The notes below the pieces were generated by a model. The model ran no database searches. It saw nothing but the letters and a program-made list of their open reading frames with translations, and was not told the origin of the DNA. 64,000 nucleotides of DNA from a virus. Shown here piece after piece: positions 1 through 10,496 of the stretch. Where the stretch lies: the IMG/VR virus record IMGVR_UViG_3300009593_002680, one strand, 5' to 3'. Made by a program: the position numbers and the translations under genes. Position 1 is the first letter of the stretch. Each line of letters begins with the position of its first letter.

Positions 1-4
1 AGAA

Positions 5-901
5 ATGGTTGAACTTGCTGAAGATAAACAAAAAGTCGCTGAAGAAAGAGTTGCTTACAAAAAGGCTGTTAGCGAACACTCTAAGAAATTAGAGAAGTTT
101 GTTGCAGAACAGTTAGCAAAAGAAGTTAAAGAGTTAAGAGATGAGAGAACCCAAGTAGGTGAACATGTTTCTAAACTTGATGACTTTGTTGTTGAACAAT
201 TAAGTGGAGAACTTAAAGAATTCCACGAAGACAAACAAGCATTAGTAGAACAAAAAGTTAAAATGGTTACTGAAGGTAAAAAAGCACTTGCAGAAGCCAA
301 AAAAGACTTTATCAAACGTGCCGCTGACAAGGTCGAACAAACTGTAAACAATATCGTAACAGAGAATGTTAAACAGTTTAGAGATGACATCACAGCCGCA
401 AGAGAAAACGATTTCGGTCGCAGAATCTTTGAATCCTTTGCAAATGAATATCGTTCAAGTTACTTGAATGAATCTTCAGACGTAAAAGATTTAGAAAAAC
501 AAATCGCTGATGTTAAAGAGCAATTAGACGAAGCAAAAGCAGATGCTGAAGCGAAAGCAGAAGCAACTAAACTTGTTGAATCAAAATTGAATGTAGCAAA
601 TGACAGATATGCTCGTAAAGAGCAAATGGACTCATTGCTTAAACCTTTAGCAAAAGGCAAAAAAGAAATAATGGTTGATTTATTAGAGAGTGTAAAAACA
701 GAAAACCTAGAGAAGCAATTTAACAAATACCTTCCTAGTGTTTTAGACGGCGAAGCACTACCTAAAGAATCTAGAAAGCCATTAACGGAATCAGTGACAT
801 CAGAACACACTGGTGACAAAAACGTTCAGACTTCAACTGAAGATGGACAGGATATTGTCGAAATTGAGAATATCCGTAAATTAGCCGGACTTTCAAATTA
901 G
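5..901 (+). CDS. gp22: Prohead core scaffolding protein, T4 gp22-like (probably 5'-truncated by window edge)
   Basis: Long charged coiled-coil immediately upstream of the major capsid gene; FGRRIFESFANEY segment; C-terminal IRKLAGL; frame is open to the window start. Confidence 0.85.
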   Translation: MVELAEDKQKVAEERVAYKKAVSEHSKKLEKFVAEQLAKEVKELRDERTQVGEHVSKLDDFVVEQLSGELKEFHEDKQALVEQKVKMVTEGKKALAEAKKDFIKRAADKVEQTVNNIVTENVKQFRDDITAARENDFGRRIFESFANEYRSSYLNESSDVKDLEKQIADVKEQLDEAKADAEAKAEATKLVESKLNVANDRYARKEQMDSLLKPLAKGKKEIMVDLLESVKTENLEKQFNKYLPSVLDGEALPKESRKPLTESVTSEHTGDKNVQTSTEDGQDIVEIENIRKLAGLSN

Positions 902-911
902 GAGATAAGAA

Positions 912-2051
912 ATGGCAGAATTATTTGAAAGCAACTGGTCAGCAACTAAGGACGCACTTTTAGAAGGACTTAACGGTTCTCGTAAAGGTACATTAGATGT
1001 GGTCCTCGAGAATACTAAAAGATATCTTCAGGAATCCGCAACTAGTGGAGCGACTCAGTCTGGCAACGTTGCAACTTTAAACAAAGTAATGTTACCTTTG
1101 ATTAGAAGGGTTATGCCTTCAGTCATTGCTAACGAACTTGTTGGTGTACAACCAATGAGTGGTCCAGTAGGACAAATCCATACTTTAAGAACAAGGTATG
1201 CCGAGAGTGCAACAGGAGTTAATCCTGGTGATGAAGCACTTTCACCATTTAAGATTGCTAATGCTTACTCAGGTTCACCAGATGCTACAGCGGCGTCAGA
1301 AGGAACTGCAGGTAAGAAAATGAGCATCCAAATCTTAAAACAAACTGTTGAAGCAAAAACAAGACGTCTATCTGCAAGATGGACTTTTGAATCGGCACAA
1401 GATGCTGAATCAATGCATGGTCTTGATGTTGAAGCAGAAATTATGCAGGCTCTAGCACAAGAGATTGTTGTTGAAATCGACCAAGAAATTATTGGTTCTT
1501 TAAGAACACTTGCTGGTGCAGGAACTACATTAGACTTTAACTCTGTGACTGGTACACAAACTTACGTTGGTGACAGACATGCAGTATTGGCTATTGAGAT
1601 CAACAGAGCGGCAAACAGAATCGCGGCAAGAACAAGAAGAGGCGCAGGTAACTATATAGTTGTTTCTCCAGAAGCACTTACTATATTACAATCAGCATCT
1701 ACTTCAACTTTTGCTAGAACAACTGAAGGTTCTTTTGAAGCACCTACTAACACTAAACTTGCTGGAACTTTAAACGGTTCTATCAAAGTTTTTGTTGATA
1801 GTTATGCGGCTGACGGTACTAAAGTACTTGTTGGATACAAAGGATCAAGCGAAACTGATGCTCCTGCGTTCTACTGTCCGTATATCCCACTAATGAGCAC
1901 AGGCCCAGTTATGGACCCTGCTACATTCGAACCTGTCGTGTCATTTATGACAAGATACGGTTACATCGAACTTACTAACACAGCAAGTTCATTGGGTAAC
2001 GCGGCTGACTACGTTGATGCAATTACTTTATCAAACGTAGCATTCCAGTAA
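912..2051 (+). CDS. gp23: Major capsid protein, T4 gp23-like
   Basis: LPLIRRVMPSVIANELVGVQPMSGPVGQI, TVEAKTRRLSARWTFESAQD, FYCPYIPL and FMTRYG motifs; AGGAG RBS; followed by a strong terminator. Confidence 0.97.
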   Translation: MAELFESNWSATKDALLEGLNGSRKGTLDVVLENTKRYLQESATSGATQSGNVATLNKVMLPLIRRVMPSVIANELVGVQPMSGPVGQIHTLRTRYAESATGVNPGDEALSPFKIANAYSGSPDATAASEGTAGKKMSIQILKQTVEAKTRRLSARWTFESAQDAESMHGLDVEAEIMQALAQEIVVEIDQEIIGSLRTLAGAGTTLDFNSVTGTQTYVGDRHAVLAIEINRAANRIAARTRRGAGNYIVVSPEALTILQSASTSTFARTTEGSFEAPTNTKLAGTLNGSIKVFVDSYAADGTKVLVGYKGSSETDAPAFYCPYIPLMSTGPVMDPATFEPVVSFMTRYGYIELTNTASSLGNAADYVDAITLSNVAFQ

Positions 2052-2090
2052 GAATTAGTTTTAATTCAAACTGCGAATAGCAGACATTTA

Positions 2091-2122
2091 AAAAGCACTT
2101 CCTTCGGGAGGTGCTTTTTTTT
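2091..2122 (+). terminator. Rho-independent terminator after gp23
   Basis: AAAAGCACTTCC-TTCG-GGAGGTGCTTTT stem with C(UUCG)G loop and T8 tract. Confidence 0.93.
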
Positions 2123-2139
2123 GATTTTATTCCCAATTA

Positions 2140-2147
2140 GATAAATA
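2140..2147 (+). promoter_or_regulatory. T4-type late promoter GATAAATA
   Basis: Motif 40 nt upstream of fibre gene 2187; recurs upstream of about 20 genes. Confidence 0.75.
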
Positions 2148-2186
2148 CAACTAAAGCAATTTATTATTGGCGGAAACACATTAACG

Positions 2187-5100
2187 ATGAGTAAACAATC
2201 AAATTTTAATCCAGATGAGAATCTAGTCGTATTTGGAAATCTATTAGTACACGGAACTGTAACAGGTAAAGGTAACGTAGTTTTTAACGCAGATACGCAA
2301 ACAGTAAACGACGCAGATGGTTATGTAATTAACAGCGACAGCGATGTTGCTGAAGCATACCTTCAAATTAATTCAAATGCTGGAAGTAACGTTCAACTTT
2401 TATATAGTGGTAACGCAACTGCTAACACTTTAATAGTAAGTCAAGATACAGAAATATCACAAGACTTGAATGTTGCACAATCACTTAACGTTGTAGGTAA
2501 TACAACAATTGGTACAACAGTAATTACGCCAAATGCTTATGGTTCAGAAACAGGTAGAATTTTTGGAACAAGATTTACAGGTATAGCCAATACAGCAGAT
2601 AAATGGCAAACAGGAAGAACATTAACAACAACACTTACAGGTGATGTTGCTGGTTCAGGAAGTATTTTAATTGATGGTAGTGGAGATGTTACATTAACTG
2701 TAGCAACCACAACTGTACAAGCAAATGCAGTAGCACTAGGAACAGATACAACTGGTGCTTATGTTCAATCAGCACAAGGTGTTGGCAACAGTAATATTAT
2801 TGTTGCAAGTCAAGGAACAGATGACGGTTCCGATATTACAATAGATTTAGTTGACACAACTGTTACAGCAGGACCTTATGGTAGTGCTACAACAGTTCCA
2901 ACATATACTGTAGATGCAAAAGGTAGATTAACAGCGGCGGCAAACGCCGTAATAGATATTCCATCATCACAGATTAACGATTTCAATACAGCCATTACAG
3001 CCTTTGTTTCCGGAGGAACTGGAATAACAGAAGCAAATGGTGTTATAACTTTAGATGACACGGCAGTTACAGCCGCAAGTTACGGTAGTGCTACAGCAAT
3101 ACCAACCTTTACAGTAGACGCACAAGGACGTTTAACTGCGGCGGCAGATGTAAACATATCAGTACCGAGTTCACAAGTTAACGATTTTAATACAGCCATT
3201 AGTGCATACATTCAAAACGGTACTTATGTTACAGAAGCAAATGGTGTTATAGATGTAACAGCAGATGTTGTTACAACAGATAGAAATGATACATTAACAG
3301 CAGATTATGTTTATACAGGAACAACAGACTTCACCGGAGCAACTTTTAGTGCAGGTGCGGCGGCAACAGGTATTACTGCTTCAGCAAATGATAACAGTAC
3401 TAAACTTGCCACAACGGCTTATGTGCAAACAGAATTAGATGATTTAATTGGCGGTGCTCCAGCACAACTAGATACTTTAAGAGAAATAACAGATTCATTA
3501 AACAATAGTACATCAGTTTCAAATACGTTAGTGGCATCAATTGCCGCGGCAGAAGCCAATATTGTAACTGCAAATAATAATTTAAAAACTTATACAGATA
3601 CTGAAAAAGTTGATAAAGATTATGAAATACAAGCATCGTATTCCTTTATACTAGGTACTAAATTAGCAAATGGTTTAATTGTTGACGGTAATAATGCTGA
3701 TTTAAGTAATCCTAATTCGGCAAACAATGCCATATCATTTAAAAATGCAGATGACCAGCAAAATATTTTTATTAACACTAAAAAGTATGACCACTCTTAT
3801 GCTGTATTACACCAAGGTGAACAAACTATAAGTGGTAACATTACTTCAATATCTGGTGACGGAACAACAATGACTGTTACCACAACCGGTGCTCATAGAG
3901 TTAGAGTTGCTGAACGATATACAATACAAAATACAAATAATGCTGGCGCTCATGGTACTTTTGATGTAGCGGCTACACCAAATGCTACTTCATTTACTGT
4001 AGCACATACTTTTAATGGTAATGCAACTGGAGGTGATTACTTTGATTCTAACCCAACAGCAGATAGTCAAACAAGAGCTGGAAACTTAACAGTAACAGGT
4101 GACCTTTTAATACAACGTGGTATTGATGGTAATGCAAGTGTAGATGACCAAAATAATGGTGCAGGTACGTTTACTTCAGTTAGTAACATGCGACATGTTA
4201 AGTCGGCTAATGCTACTTTTGCCGCAGGACAAACTTATTCTTCAAACGTAAGAACAATTTTTTATAAAACTGATTTAGGTTCATTGTCAGGAAGTAACAC
4301 TACAGTATCTGCTACAATGATTTCCGGATCAAACATTTTAGTTTTAACTGGTAATGCAGATAGTACAGATACTTATTTAGGTAGTGAAACTGTTGGAACA
4401 CTTAATGCAGTAGCAAGTTATAATGCAGTTGAAGTTGGTGTGCCAAGAGCACACTATCAAAACTTTGGTAAATCTACAACATTTATTGGAGACTTTGGTA
4501 ACGTTGCAACATATACAAGTGTTTTTGATTTAGGAACATCAGCACAATATACAACAGGACAAAGACCATTAGAAAGATTAACAGTTGATGGTGCTTTAAG
4601 TTTAGGTGCTAGACATACACCAGCAAACTTATTAGTTAATGGTACAATATTTTATGATTCTTCAACTAACAAACTAAAAGGTATTCAAGGTAATGCAGTT
4701 GTAGACTTAATTGATGCTACAGTTACAACTTTAAATTTAGGTGACGGTACTGGAGACCATGCATTAGCAACATTATCAGGTAACACTTATTACTTAAGAC
4801 AATTAACAGCAGGAACAGGCATAGACAGTTCTGTTAGTGCGGCAAACGTTATTACAATTACAGCAAACAGTGATAACATTAGAGATATTGCTAGAGGCAA
4901 TTTAAGTGCTACAGCAGGATCAGTAGGTTATACAAACGGCACTGGACAATTTAGTATTCCAGGAACTAGTGACCATATTACAGAAGGTTCAACAAATTTA
5001 TTTTATACAGATGCTAGAGCAGATGCAAGAATTACAAACGCAATTAAAGACGAAGATAACATGGCGTCTGATAGTGCAACGCATGTTCCATCACAACAGA

Positions 5101-7445
5101 GTGTTAAAGCATACGTTGATACACAACTAACAGCAGAAGACCTGGACTTCCAAGGAGACTCAGGCGGTGCATTAAGCATAGACTTAGATAGTGAAACATT
5201 AACTATTGCAGGTGGTAATGCAATTAGTACTTCAGGTGCTTCTAATACATTAACAGTAGCACTAGATAATACAGCAGTTACACCAGCAACTTATGGAGCC
5301 GCTGGATCAGTAGGCACATTTACAGTTGACCAACAAGGTAGATTAACTGGAGCGGCAACTACTGCCATTAATATTACAGCATCACAAGTTAGTGATTTTT
5401 CTGAAGCAGTAGATGATAGAGTAAACGTATTAGTATCAGGTGGTGCTAATATAACTGTAACATACGATGACGCCGCAGGTACATTTGTTATTGACAATGA
5501 CCTAGTAGGTGACGTAACAGGTATTGTTGCAGGAGATGGTTTAAGTGGCGGAGGATCAAGTGGTGATATTACAGTAAATGTTGATAGTACAGTTATAAGA
5601 ACTACCGGAGCACAAAGCATTGGTGGTGCTAAAACATTTACATCAGATATGGTTATATCCTCAACGGATGCCACTGATGCCGCAGGTCCACAATTACAAT
5701 TATATAGAAATAGTGCAAGTCCGGCAGACGCAGATTACTTAGGACAAATTGCATTCCAAGGTGAAAATGATGCAGGACAATCAACATTATTTGGAAAAAT
5801 TACAGGTAAAATTCTTGACGCATCAGATGGTTCAGAAGATGGTGGGTTTGAATTTGCGGCTCAAAAAGCAGGAACACAAACTATACTTGCTAGACTTAGG
5901 TCCAATAAATTAGAATTAATTAACAGCACAGGATTAGAAGTTGCAGGATTAACATATCCAACAGCAGATGGTAGTGCTAATCAGGTATTAACAACAGACG
6001 GTAGTGGTACTTTATCATTTGTTGATGTAAACACAATTGGTGGTACAGTTACAGGAGTTACTGCTGGTGATGGTATGACCGGTGGTGGTGTTTCAGGTAC
6101 AGTAGCACTTAATGTTGTAGGCGGTGATGGTATAGATGTAAATGCAGATAACATAGTAGCCAACGCAAGTTTCATAACCACTACAGTAGAAAATTATTTA
6201 GATGGTGGTAATGGCATTGTATTTGGTAGTGGTACTATTGATGTAGATACAACAGTTCTAAGAACAACTGGTGCACAAAGTGCCGCAGGTGTTAAAACAT
6301 TTACAAACGGCGTAACTATCCCTTCAGGTGGAACATTAACTGTAACAGATGCAACTATTACAGGTGCTAATACAGATAGCATTTCAGAAGGTTCAACTAA
6401 TTTATATTATACAGACGCAAGAGTTCAAGCAGTTAGTATTAACAATCTATCAGAAGATACAACTCCACAACTAGGTGGTAACTTAGATATAAACGGACAT
6501 AATATACTTTATGCTGATAACGAAAAAGCAATATTTGGTGATGGTCCTGATTTAGAAATCTACCATGATGGTGTTGACAGTTTCATTACAGACGTTGGTA
6601 CAGGAAGTATTAAAATACGTTCTGGTACAACATATATTACAAACGCCGCAGGAACAAAAACAAGTATAGCAACTAATTCAGGTGCAGGACAAACATTATA
6701 TTTTAATAATAGTCCAGTATTTGAAACAGTAAGTGGTGGTGCAAAAGTTACAGGTACATTAGAAGTTACAGGAAACTTTGTAACTGCCGACACAGATAAT
6801 TTAAGTGAAGGTTCAACTAACCTTTACTATACTGATGCAAGAGCAGATGCAAGAATTACTAAAGCGGCAATTGATGCCTTAAATGTAGATGCAGATACAT
6901 TAGATAGTTTAGACAGTACTGCTTTCTTAAGAGCAGATGCTAACGATTCACATACAGGTGATATTACACCTGCTTCAGATAATGCAGTTGATTTAGGAAC
7001 AGGCTCTTTAAGGTATGCGGAAATACATGCTGTTAGTTTTGAAGGAACGGCAACCTCGGCAAAATATGCGGATTTGGCAGAAAGATATTTGCCTGATGCA
7101 GACTATGGCGTAGGTACTGTAATGGTATTTGGTGGTAACAAAGAAGTAACACAATCAACTAAACAAAACTGCCCAAGCATAGCAGGTGTTGTTAGTACAG
7201 ACCCAGCATTTTTAATGAACAAAGATTTAGAAGGCGGCATAACATTAGCATTAAGAGGACGAGTTCCTGTTAAAGTTACTGGCGCAGTCAGAAAAGGAGA
7301 TGTACTAATTTGTAGTAACACTCCGGGCCACGCAGAAGCGGCACCGTTCAAAGGATATCACGTAACAGGACCTAGTATGATAGGTGTTGCAATCGGTGAA
7401 CATCTATCAACTGGAACGGGTGTTGTAGAAGCACAAATCAAGTAA
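2187..7445 (+). CDS. Long virion fibre protein (1752 aa; tail or head fibre)
   Basis: G/T/A/S/D-rich; GPYGSATTVPTYTVDAKGRLTAA-type repeats, EGSTNLYYTDAR repeats, C-terminal SAKYADLAERY...GRVPVKV domain typical of aquatic phage fibres; late promoter. Confidence 0.8.
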   Translation: MSKQSNFNPDENLVVFGNLLVHGTVTGKGNVVFNADTQTVNDADGYVINSDSDVAEAYLQINSNAGSNVQLLYSGNATANTLIVSQDTEISQDLNVAQSLNVVGNTTIGTTVITPNAYGSETGRIFGTRFTGIANTADKWQTGRTLTTTLTGDVAGSGSILIDGSGDVTLTVATTTVQANAVALGTDTTGAYVQSAQGVGNSNIIVASQGTDDGSDITIDLVDTTVTAGPYGSATTVPTYTVDAKGRLTAAANAVIDIPSSQINDFNTAITAFVSGGTGITEANGVITLDDTAVTAASYGSATAIPTFTVDAQGRLTAAADVNISVPSSQVNDFNTAISAYIQNGTYVTEANGVIDVTADVVTTDRNDTLTADYVYTGTTDFTGATFSAGAAATGITASANDNSTKLATTAYVQTELDDLIGGAPAQLDTLREITDSLNNSTSVSNTLVASIAAAEANIVTANNNLKTYTDTEKVDKDYEIQASYSFILGTKLANGLIVDGNNADLSNPNSANNAISFKNADDQQNIFINTKKYDHSYAVLHQGEQTISGNITSISGDGTTMTVTTTGAHRVRVAERYTIQNTNNAGAHGTFDVAATPNATSFTVAHTFNGNATGGDYFDSNPTADSQTRAGNLTVTGDLLIQRGIDGNASVDDQNNGAGTFTSVSNMRHVKSANATFAAGQTYSSNVRTIFYKTDLGSLSGSNTTVSATMISGSNILVLTGNADSTDTYLGSETVGTLNAVASYNAVEVGVPRAHYQNFGKSTTFIGDFGNVATYTSVFDLGTSAQYTTGQRPLERLTVDGALSLGARHTPANLLVNGTIFYDSSTNKLKGIQGNAVVDLIDATVTTLNLGDGTGDHALATLSGNTYYLRQLTAGTGIDSSVSAANVITITANSDNIRDIARGNLSATAGSVGYTNGTGQFSIPGTSDHITEGSTNLFYTDARADARITNAIKDEDNMASDSATHVPSQQSVKAYVDTQLTAEDLDFQGDSGGALSIDLDSETLTIAGGNAISTSGASNTLTVALDNTAVTPATYGAAGSVGTFTVDQQGRLTGAATTAINITASQVSDFSEAVDDRVNVLVSGGANITVTYDDAAGTFVIDNDLVGDVTGIVAGDGLSGGGSSGDITVNVDSTVIRTTGAQSIGGAKTFTSDMVISSTDATDAAGPQLQLYRNSASPADADYLGQIAFQGENDAGQSTLFGKITGKILDASDGSEDGGFEFAAQKAGTQTILARLRSNKLELINSTGLEVAGLTYPTADGSANQVLTTDGSGTLSFVDVNTIGGTVTGVTAGDGMTGGGVSGTVALNVVGGDGIDVNADNIVANASFITTTVENYLDGGNGIVFGSGTIDVDTTVLRTTGAQSAAGVKTFTNGVTIPSGGTLTVTDATITGANTDSISEGSTNLYYTDARVQAVSINNLSEDTTPQLGGNLDINGHNILYADNEKAIFGDGPDLEIYHDGVDSFITDVGTGSIKIRSGTTYITNAAGTKTSIATNSGAGQTLYFNNSPVFETVSGGAKVTGTLEVTGNFVTADTDNLSEGSTNLYYTDARADARITKAAIDALNVDADTLDSLDSTAFLRADANDSHTGDITPASDNAVDLGTGSLRYAEIHAVSFEGTATSAKYADLAERYLPDADYGVGTVMVFGGNKEVTQSTKQNCPSIAGVVSTDPAFLMNKDLEGGITLALRGRVPVKVTGAVRKGDVLICSNTPGHAEAAPFKGYHVTGPSMIGVAIGEHLSTGTGVVEAQIK

Positions 7446-7450
7446 CTTTC

Positions 7451-7458
7451 GATAAATA
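7451..7458 (+). promoter_or_regulatory. Late promoter GATAAATA
   Basis: Intergenic, upstream of second fibre gene. Confidence 0.75.
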
Positions 7459-7547
7459 CAGTTATAAAATGGCACAATGCCTTTTTGACTATGTTCAGAC
7501 GTGAACGTAGACTACACAAATTGTAGAACATATAGGAAGAATTAAAA

Positions 7548-10088
7548 ATGGCCACAGCAATTCAATGGAGACGAGGAACTACATCTCAACACAGTTCGTT
7601 TACTGGGTTAGTAGGTGAAATTACCGTCGATACAGATTTAGATACCCTTAGAGTCCACGATGGGTCAACAGCAGGTGGACACAGGCTAGCAAAATATTCA
7701 GAAATAGGAGACATTACAGCAGTTACGGCAGGTGACGGATTAAGCGGTGGTGGAACTTCTGGAGCATTAAGCATAGCCTTAGACTTAAACGAATTAACAG
7801 CGGCAACAGTAGCCGTAGATGCAGACAGCATAGCAATTATCGATGCAGGAGATAGTTCAAGTAAGAAAGAATCTATTGCAGACTTTGTAAGTGCAATAGC
7901 AGGATCAGGTTTATCAGCAAGTTCAGGACAATTAAGCATTTCAGAAACAGGCGACATTAGTGCCGTTACAGCAGGTGACGGTTTAAGTGGCGGCGGTTCA
8001 AGTGGTGCAGTATCACTTGCACTAGACTTAAACGAATTAACAGCCGCAACAGTTGATGTTGCAAATGATAGTATTGCAATTATCGATGCTGGTGACAGTA
8101 GTTCAAAGAAAGAAGCAATAGCAGATTTAGTATCAGCAATGGCAGGTACAAACTTAACAGCAACAAATGGTGTGTTAAGCACAACAGCAGATATAACAGG
8201 TGTTACTGCTGGTGATGGTTTATCAGGCGGTGGAACAAGTGGTGCATTAAGTTTAGCATTGGACTTAAACGAATTAACAGCGGCAACGGTAGACGTTGCA
8301 AACGATTTAATACCAATTATAGATGCATCAGATAATAGCACGAAGAAAGAATCATTAGCGGATATAGCCACAGCAATGGCAGGTACTGGTATAGATGCAT
8401 CAAGTGGTGTACTTGCAGTAGACAGTACAGTTGTTGTAACTACAGGAACACAAACTGTTGGCGGAAACAAAACATTTAGTAACGATATTGTAGTTACAGG
8501 TAACTTTACAGTTAATGGTACAACTACAACAATTAATACAGAAACGTTAGCATTAGAAGATAACAATATTGTACTTAACAATGGAACAAGTGGATCTCCA
8601 ACTGAAAACGCAGGTTTAACAGTTGATAGAGGATCAAGTACAGATGTAGTTTTGCAATTTAACGAAACTACTGATAAATGGCAATTTACAAATGATGGAT
8701 CAACATACTTTACTATAGCAACTAGCACAGACGAGTTAGCAGAAGGTTCAACTAACCTTTATTTTACAAATACTAGAGCAGATGCAAGAGCAGATGCCAG
8801 ATTTGCTGTTCAATTAGCGGCGTCTGATACAGGTGATTTAAGTGAAGGCAGTAACTTATACTATACAGATGAAAGAGTTATGGATAAAGTTGGTGCTAGA
8901 CTTTCTGGTTCAGGTAATATTAGTGTAACATATGATGATGCGGCAGATACTATTACAGTTTCTGAAGCATTAACAACTACAGACATTACTGAAGGCGATA
9001 ACTTATATTATACTAACGCAAGAGCAGACGCAAGAATAACAGCGGCATTAATTGATGAAGATGATTTATCAAGTGATAGTGCTACTAGACTTCCATCACA
9101 GCAATCAGTTAAAGCATACGTTGATGCTCAGGTGGCAGGTAAAGATAATACAGATGAAATTACAGAAGGTTCAAGTAACTTATACTTTACAAACGCAAGA
9201 GCAGATGCTAGAATTACAAACGCATTAGTTGATGAAGATAACATGGCATCTAATAGTGCTACTAAAGTTCCTTCACAGCAATCAGTTAAAGCATACGTTG
9301 ATGCACAAGTTGATACAGCAGATGCATTAAGTGAATTAAGTGGTGATTCAGATGACGTTACAGAAGGTTCAACAAACTTATTCTTCACAAATGCTAGAGC
9401 CCAAGCGGCAATCACAGTTACTGACGCAGGTGGAGATGGTAGTTTAGGATATAGTAGTGGAACAATTACTTACACAGGACCAGCCACCAATACCCTTATT
9501 GATGCAAGAGTAGATACTGCTTTTGTAAATGCATTAAACGTTAATGCTACAACATTAGACAGTATTGATAGTGGCAGTTTCTTAAGAAGCGATGCTAACG
9601 ACTCACATTCAGGTGATATTACACCTGGCTCAGATAATGCAGTTGACTTAGGAACAGGTTCTTTAAGATATGCAGAAATACATAGTGTTCTTTTTTCAGG
9701 TGTGGCTAGTTCGGCAAAATATGCGGATTTGGCTGAGAAATATACAACTGATGAAGAACTTGATGCAGGTACAGTAGTATGCTTCGGTGGTGAAGCAGAA
9801 ATTACTGCATGTGAACACGAATGTGACCATAGAGTTGCAGGTGTTATAAGTACTGATCCAGCATACATGATGAACAGCGAAGGCGAAGGTCAATACCTAG
9901 CACTAACAGGAAGAGTACCTACTAAGGTTACTGGTCCAGTTGCTAAAGGTGATTTACTAGTAAGCAGTTCTGTTAAAGGTCATGCTATGGTAGATAATAA
10001 CGCACAACCAGGTAGAATAATTGGTAAAGCAGTTGGTTCTAACGAGAGTGGAGAAGGTGTTATTGAAGTATTAGTTAATATGATGTAA
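7548..10088 (+). CDS. Virion fibre protein with Mtd_N-like N-terminal domain (846 aa)
   Basis: N-terminus QWRRGTTSQHSSFTGLVGEITVDTD...VHDGSTAGG; three ~80-aa repeats; EGSTNL repeats; C-terminal YADLAEKY domain paralogous to that of the 2187 gene. Confidence 0.82.
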   Translation: MATAIQWRRGTTSQHSSFTGLVGEITVDTDLDTLRVHDGSTAGGHRLAKYSEIGDITAVTAGDGLSGGGTSGALSIALDLNELTAATVAVDADSIAIIDAGDSSSKKESIADFVSAIAGSGLSASSGQLSISETGDISAVTAGDGLSGGGSSGAVSLALDLNELTAATVDVANDSIAIIDAGDSSSKKEAIADLVSAMAGTNLTATNGVLSTTADITGVTAGDGLSGGGTSGALSLALDLNELTAATVDVANDLIPIIDASDNSTKKESLADIATAMAGTGIDASSGVLAVDSTVVVTTGTQTVGGNKTFSNDIVVTGNFTVNGTTTTINTETLALEDNNIVLNNGTSGSPTENAGLTVDRGSSTDVVLQFNETTDKWQFTNDGSTYFTIATSTDELAEGSTNLYFTNTRADARADARFAVQLAASDTGDLSEGSNLYYTDERVMDKVGARLSGSGNISVTYDDAADTITVSEALTTTDITEGDNLYYTNARADARITAALIDEDDLSSDSATRLPSQQSVKAYVDAQVAGKDNTDEITEGSSNLYFTNARADARITNALVDEDNMASNSATKVPSQQSVKAYVDAQVDTADALSELSGDSDDVTEGSTNLFFTNARAQAAITVTDAGGDGSLGYSSGTITYTGPATNTLIDARVDTAFVNALNVNATTLDSIDSGSFLRSDANDSHSGDITPGSDNAVDLGTGSLRYAEIHSVLFSGVASSAKYADLAEKYTTDEELDAGTVVCFGGEAEITACEHECDHRVAGVISTDPAYMMNSEGEGQYLALTGRVPTKVTGPVAKGDLLVSSSVKGHAMVDNNAQPGRIIGKAVGSNESGEGVIEVLVNMM
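7707..8420 (+). repeat. Three tandem 79-81 aa coding repeats in the fibre gene
   Basis: Units begin at 7707, 7950 and 8187: (G/A)DI(T/S)xVTAGDGLSGGG(T/S)SGAxSxALDLNELTAATV...IIDA...SxKKE. Confidence 0.9.
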
Positions 10089-10103
10089 TAAAAGAATTAA
10101 AAG

Positions 10104-10133
10104 AAAAAGGCAGGTTTTACCCTGCCTTTTTTT
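10104..10133. terminator. Bidirectional rho-independent terminator
   Basis: AAAAAGGCAGG-TTTTAC-CCTGCCTTTTTTT between convergent genes. Confidence 0.9.
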
Positions 10134-10139
10134 ATGACT

Positions 10140-10355
10140 TTATTTCTCGTTTACGAAAGTATAAAGTTCTTGTGCAGTTTTAATTACTTCATCCGTAGTG
10201 ATAGTAACAACTGGTGCTTTCTCACCATTAACTCTTTCTTCATCTGGTATGCTGAAAAAGGAATTTGTAACCTGGTCTCTGTTAGTTTCTAACAATCCCA
10301 TAGCCATTCCTAAGATATCGGTTCTTAATTCGAACCCACTTTTTGAATTACTCAT
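10140..10355 (-). CDS. Small hypothetical protein (71 aa; start moved to MSNSKSGFELR)
   Basis: AGGAG RBS before ATG 10355; minus-strand TATAAATA at 10401-10408; FELRTDILGMA and VIKTAQELYTFVN resemble a widespread small T4-like phage protein. Confidence 0.75.
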   Translation of the reverse strand: MSNSKSGFELRTDILGMAMGLLETNRDQVTNSFFSIPDEERVNGEKAPVVTITTDEVIKTAQELYTFVNEK

Positions 10356-10400
10356 TGTATTCTCCTGTGTGTATGTGTGTTGTACGTTACTGTACATTAA

Positions 10401-10420
10401 TATTTATATAATGATAAATA
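10401..10420. promoter_or_regulatory. Back-to-back late promoters (TATAAATA on minus 10401-10408; GATAAATA on plus 10413-10420)
   Basis: Exact motifs between divergent genes. Confidence 0.75.
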
Positions 10421-10496
10421 CCTTTGTATTCAAAAGCGAATGCAAATCCCACACAGATACAGCAGAATAAACAAATATACATAAACAGGAGATATT

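Noticed and set aside
7586-8728. 380-aa minus-strand ORF and the many other antisense ORFs over structural genes
   Set aside because: They mirror the codon bias and repeats of the plus-strand genes and have no RBS, promoter or recognisable motifs.
7548-10088. Diversity-generating retroelement, suggested by the Mtd_N-like domain and the duplicated 3' block in the two fibre genes
   Set aside because: No reverse transcriptase in the window. The duplicated blocks (about 6940-7085 and 9585-9735) differ mostly at synonymous positions rather than specifically at adenines, and both copies are coding.
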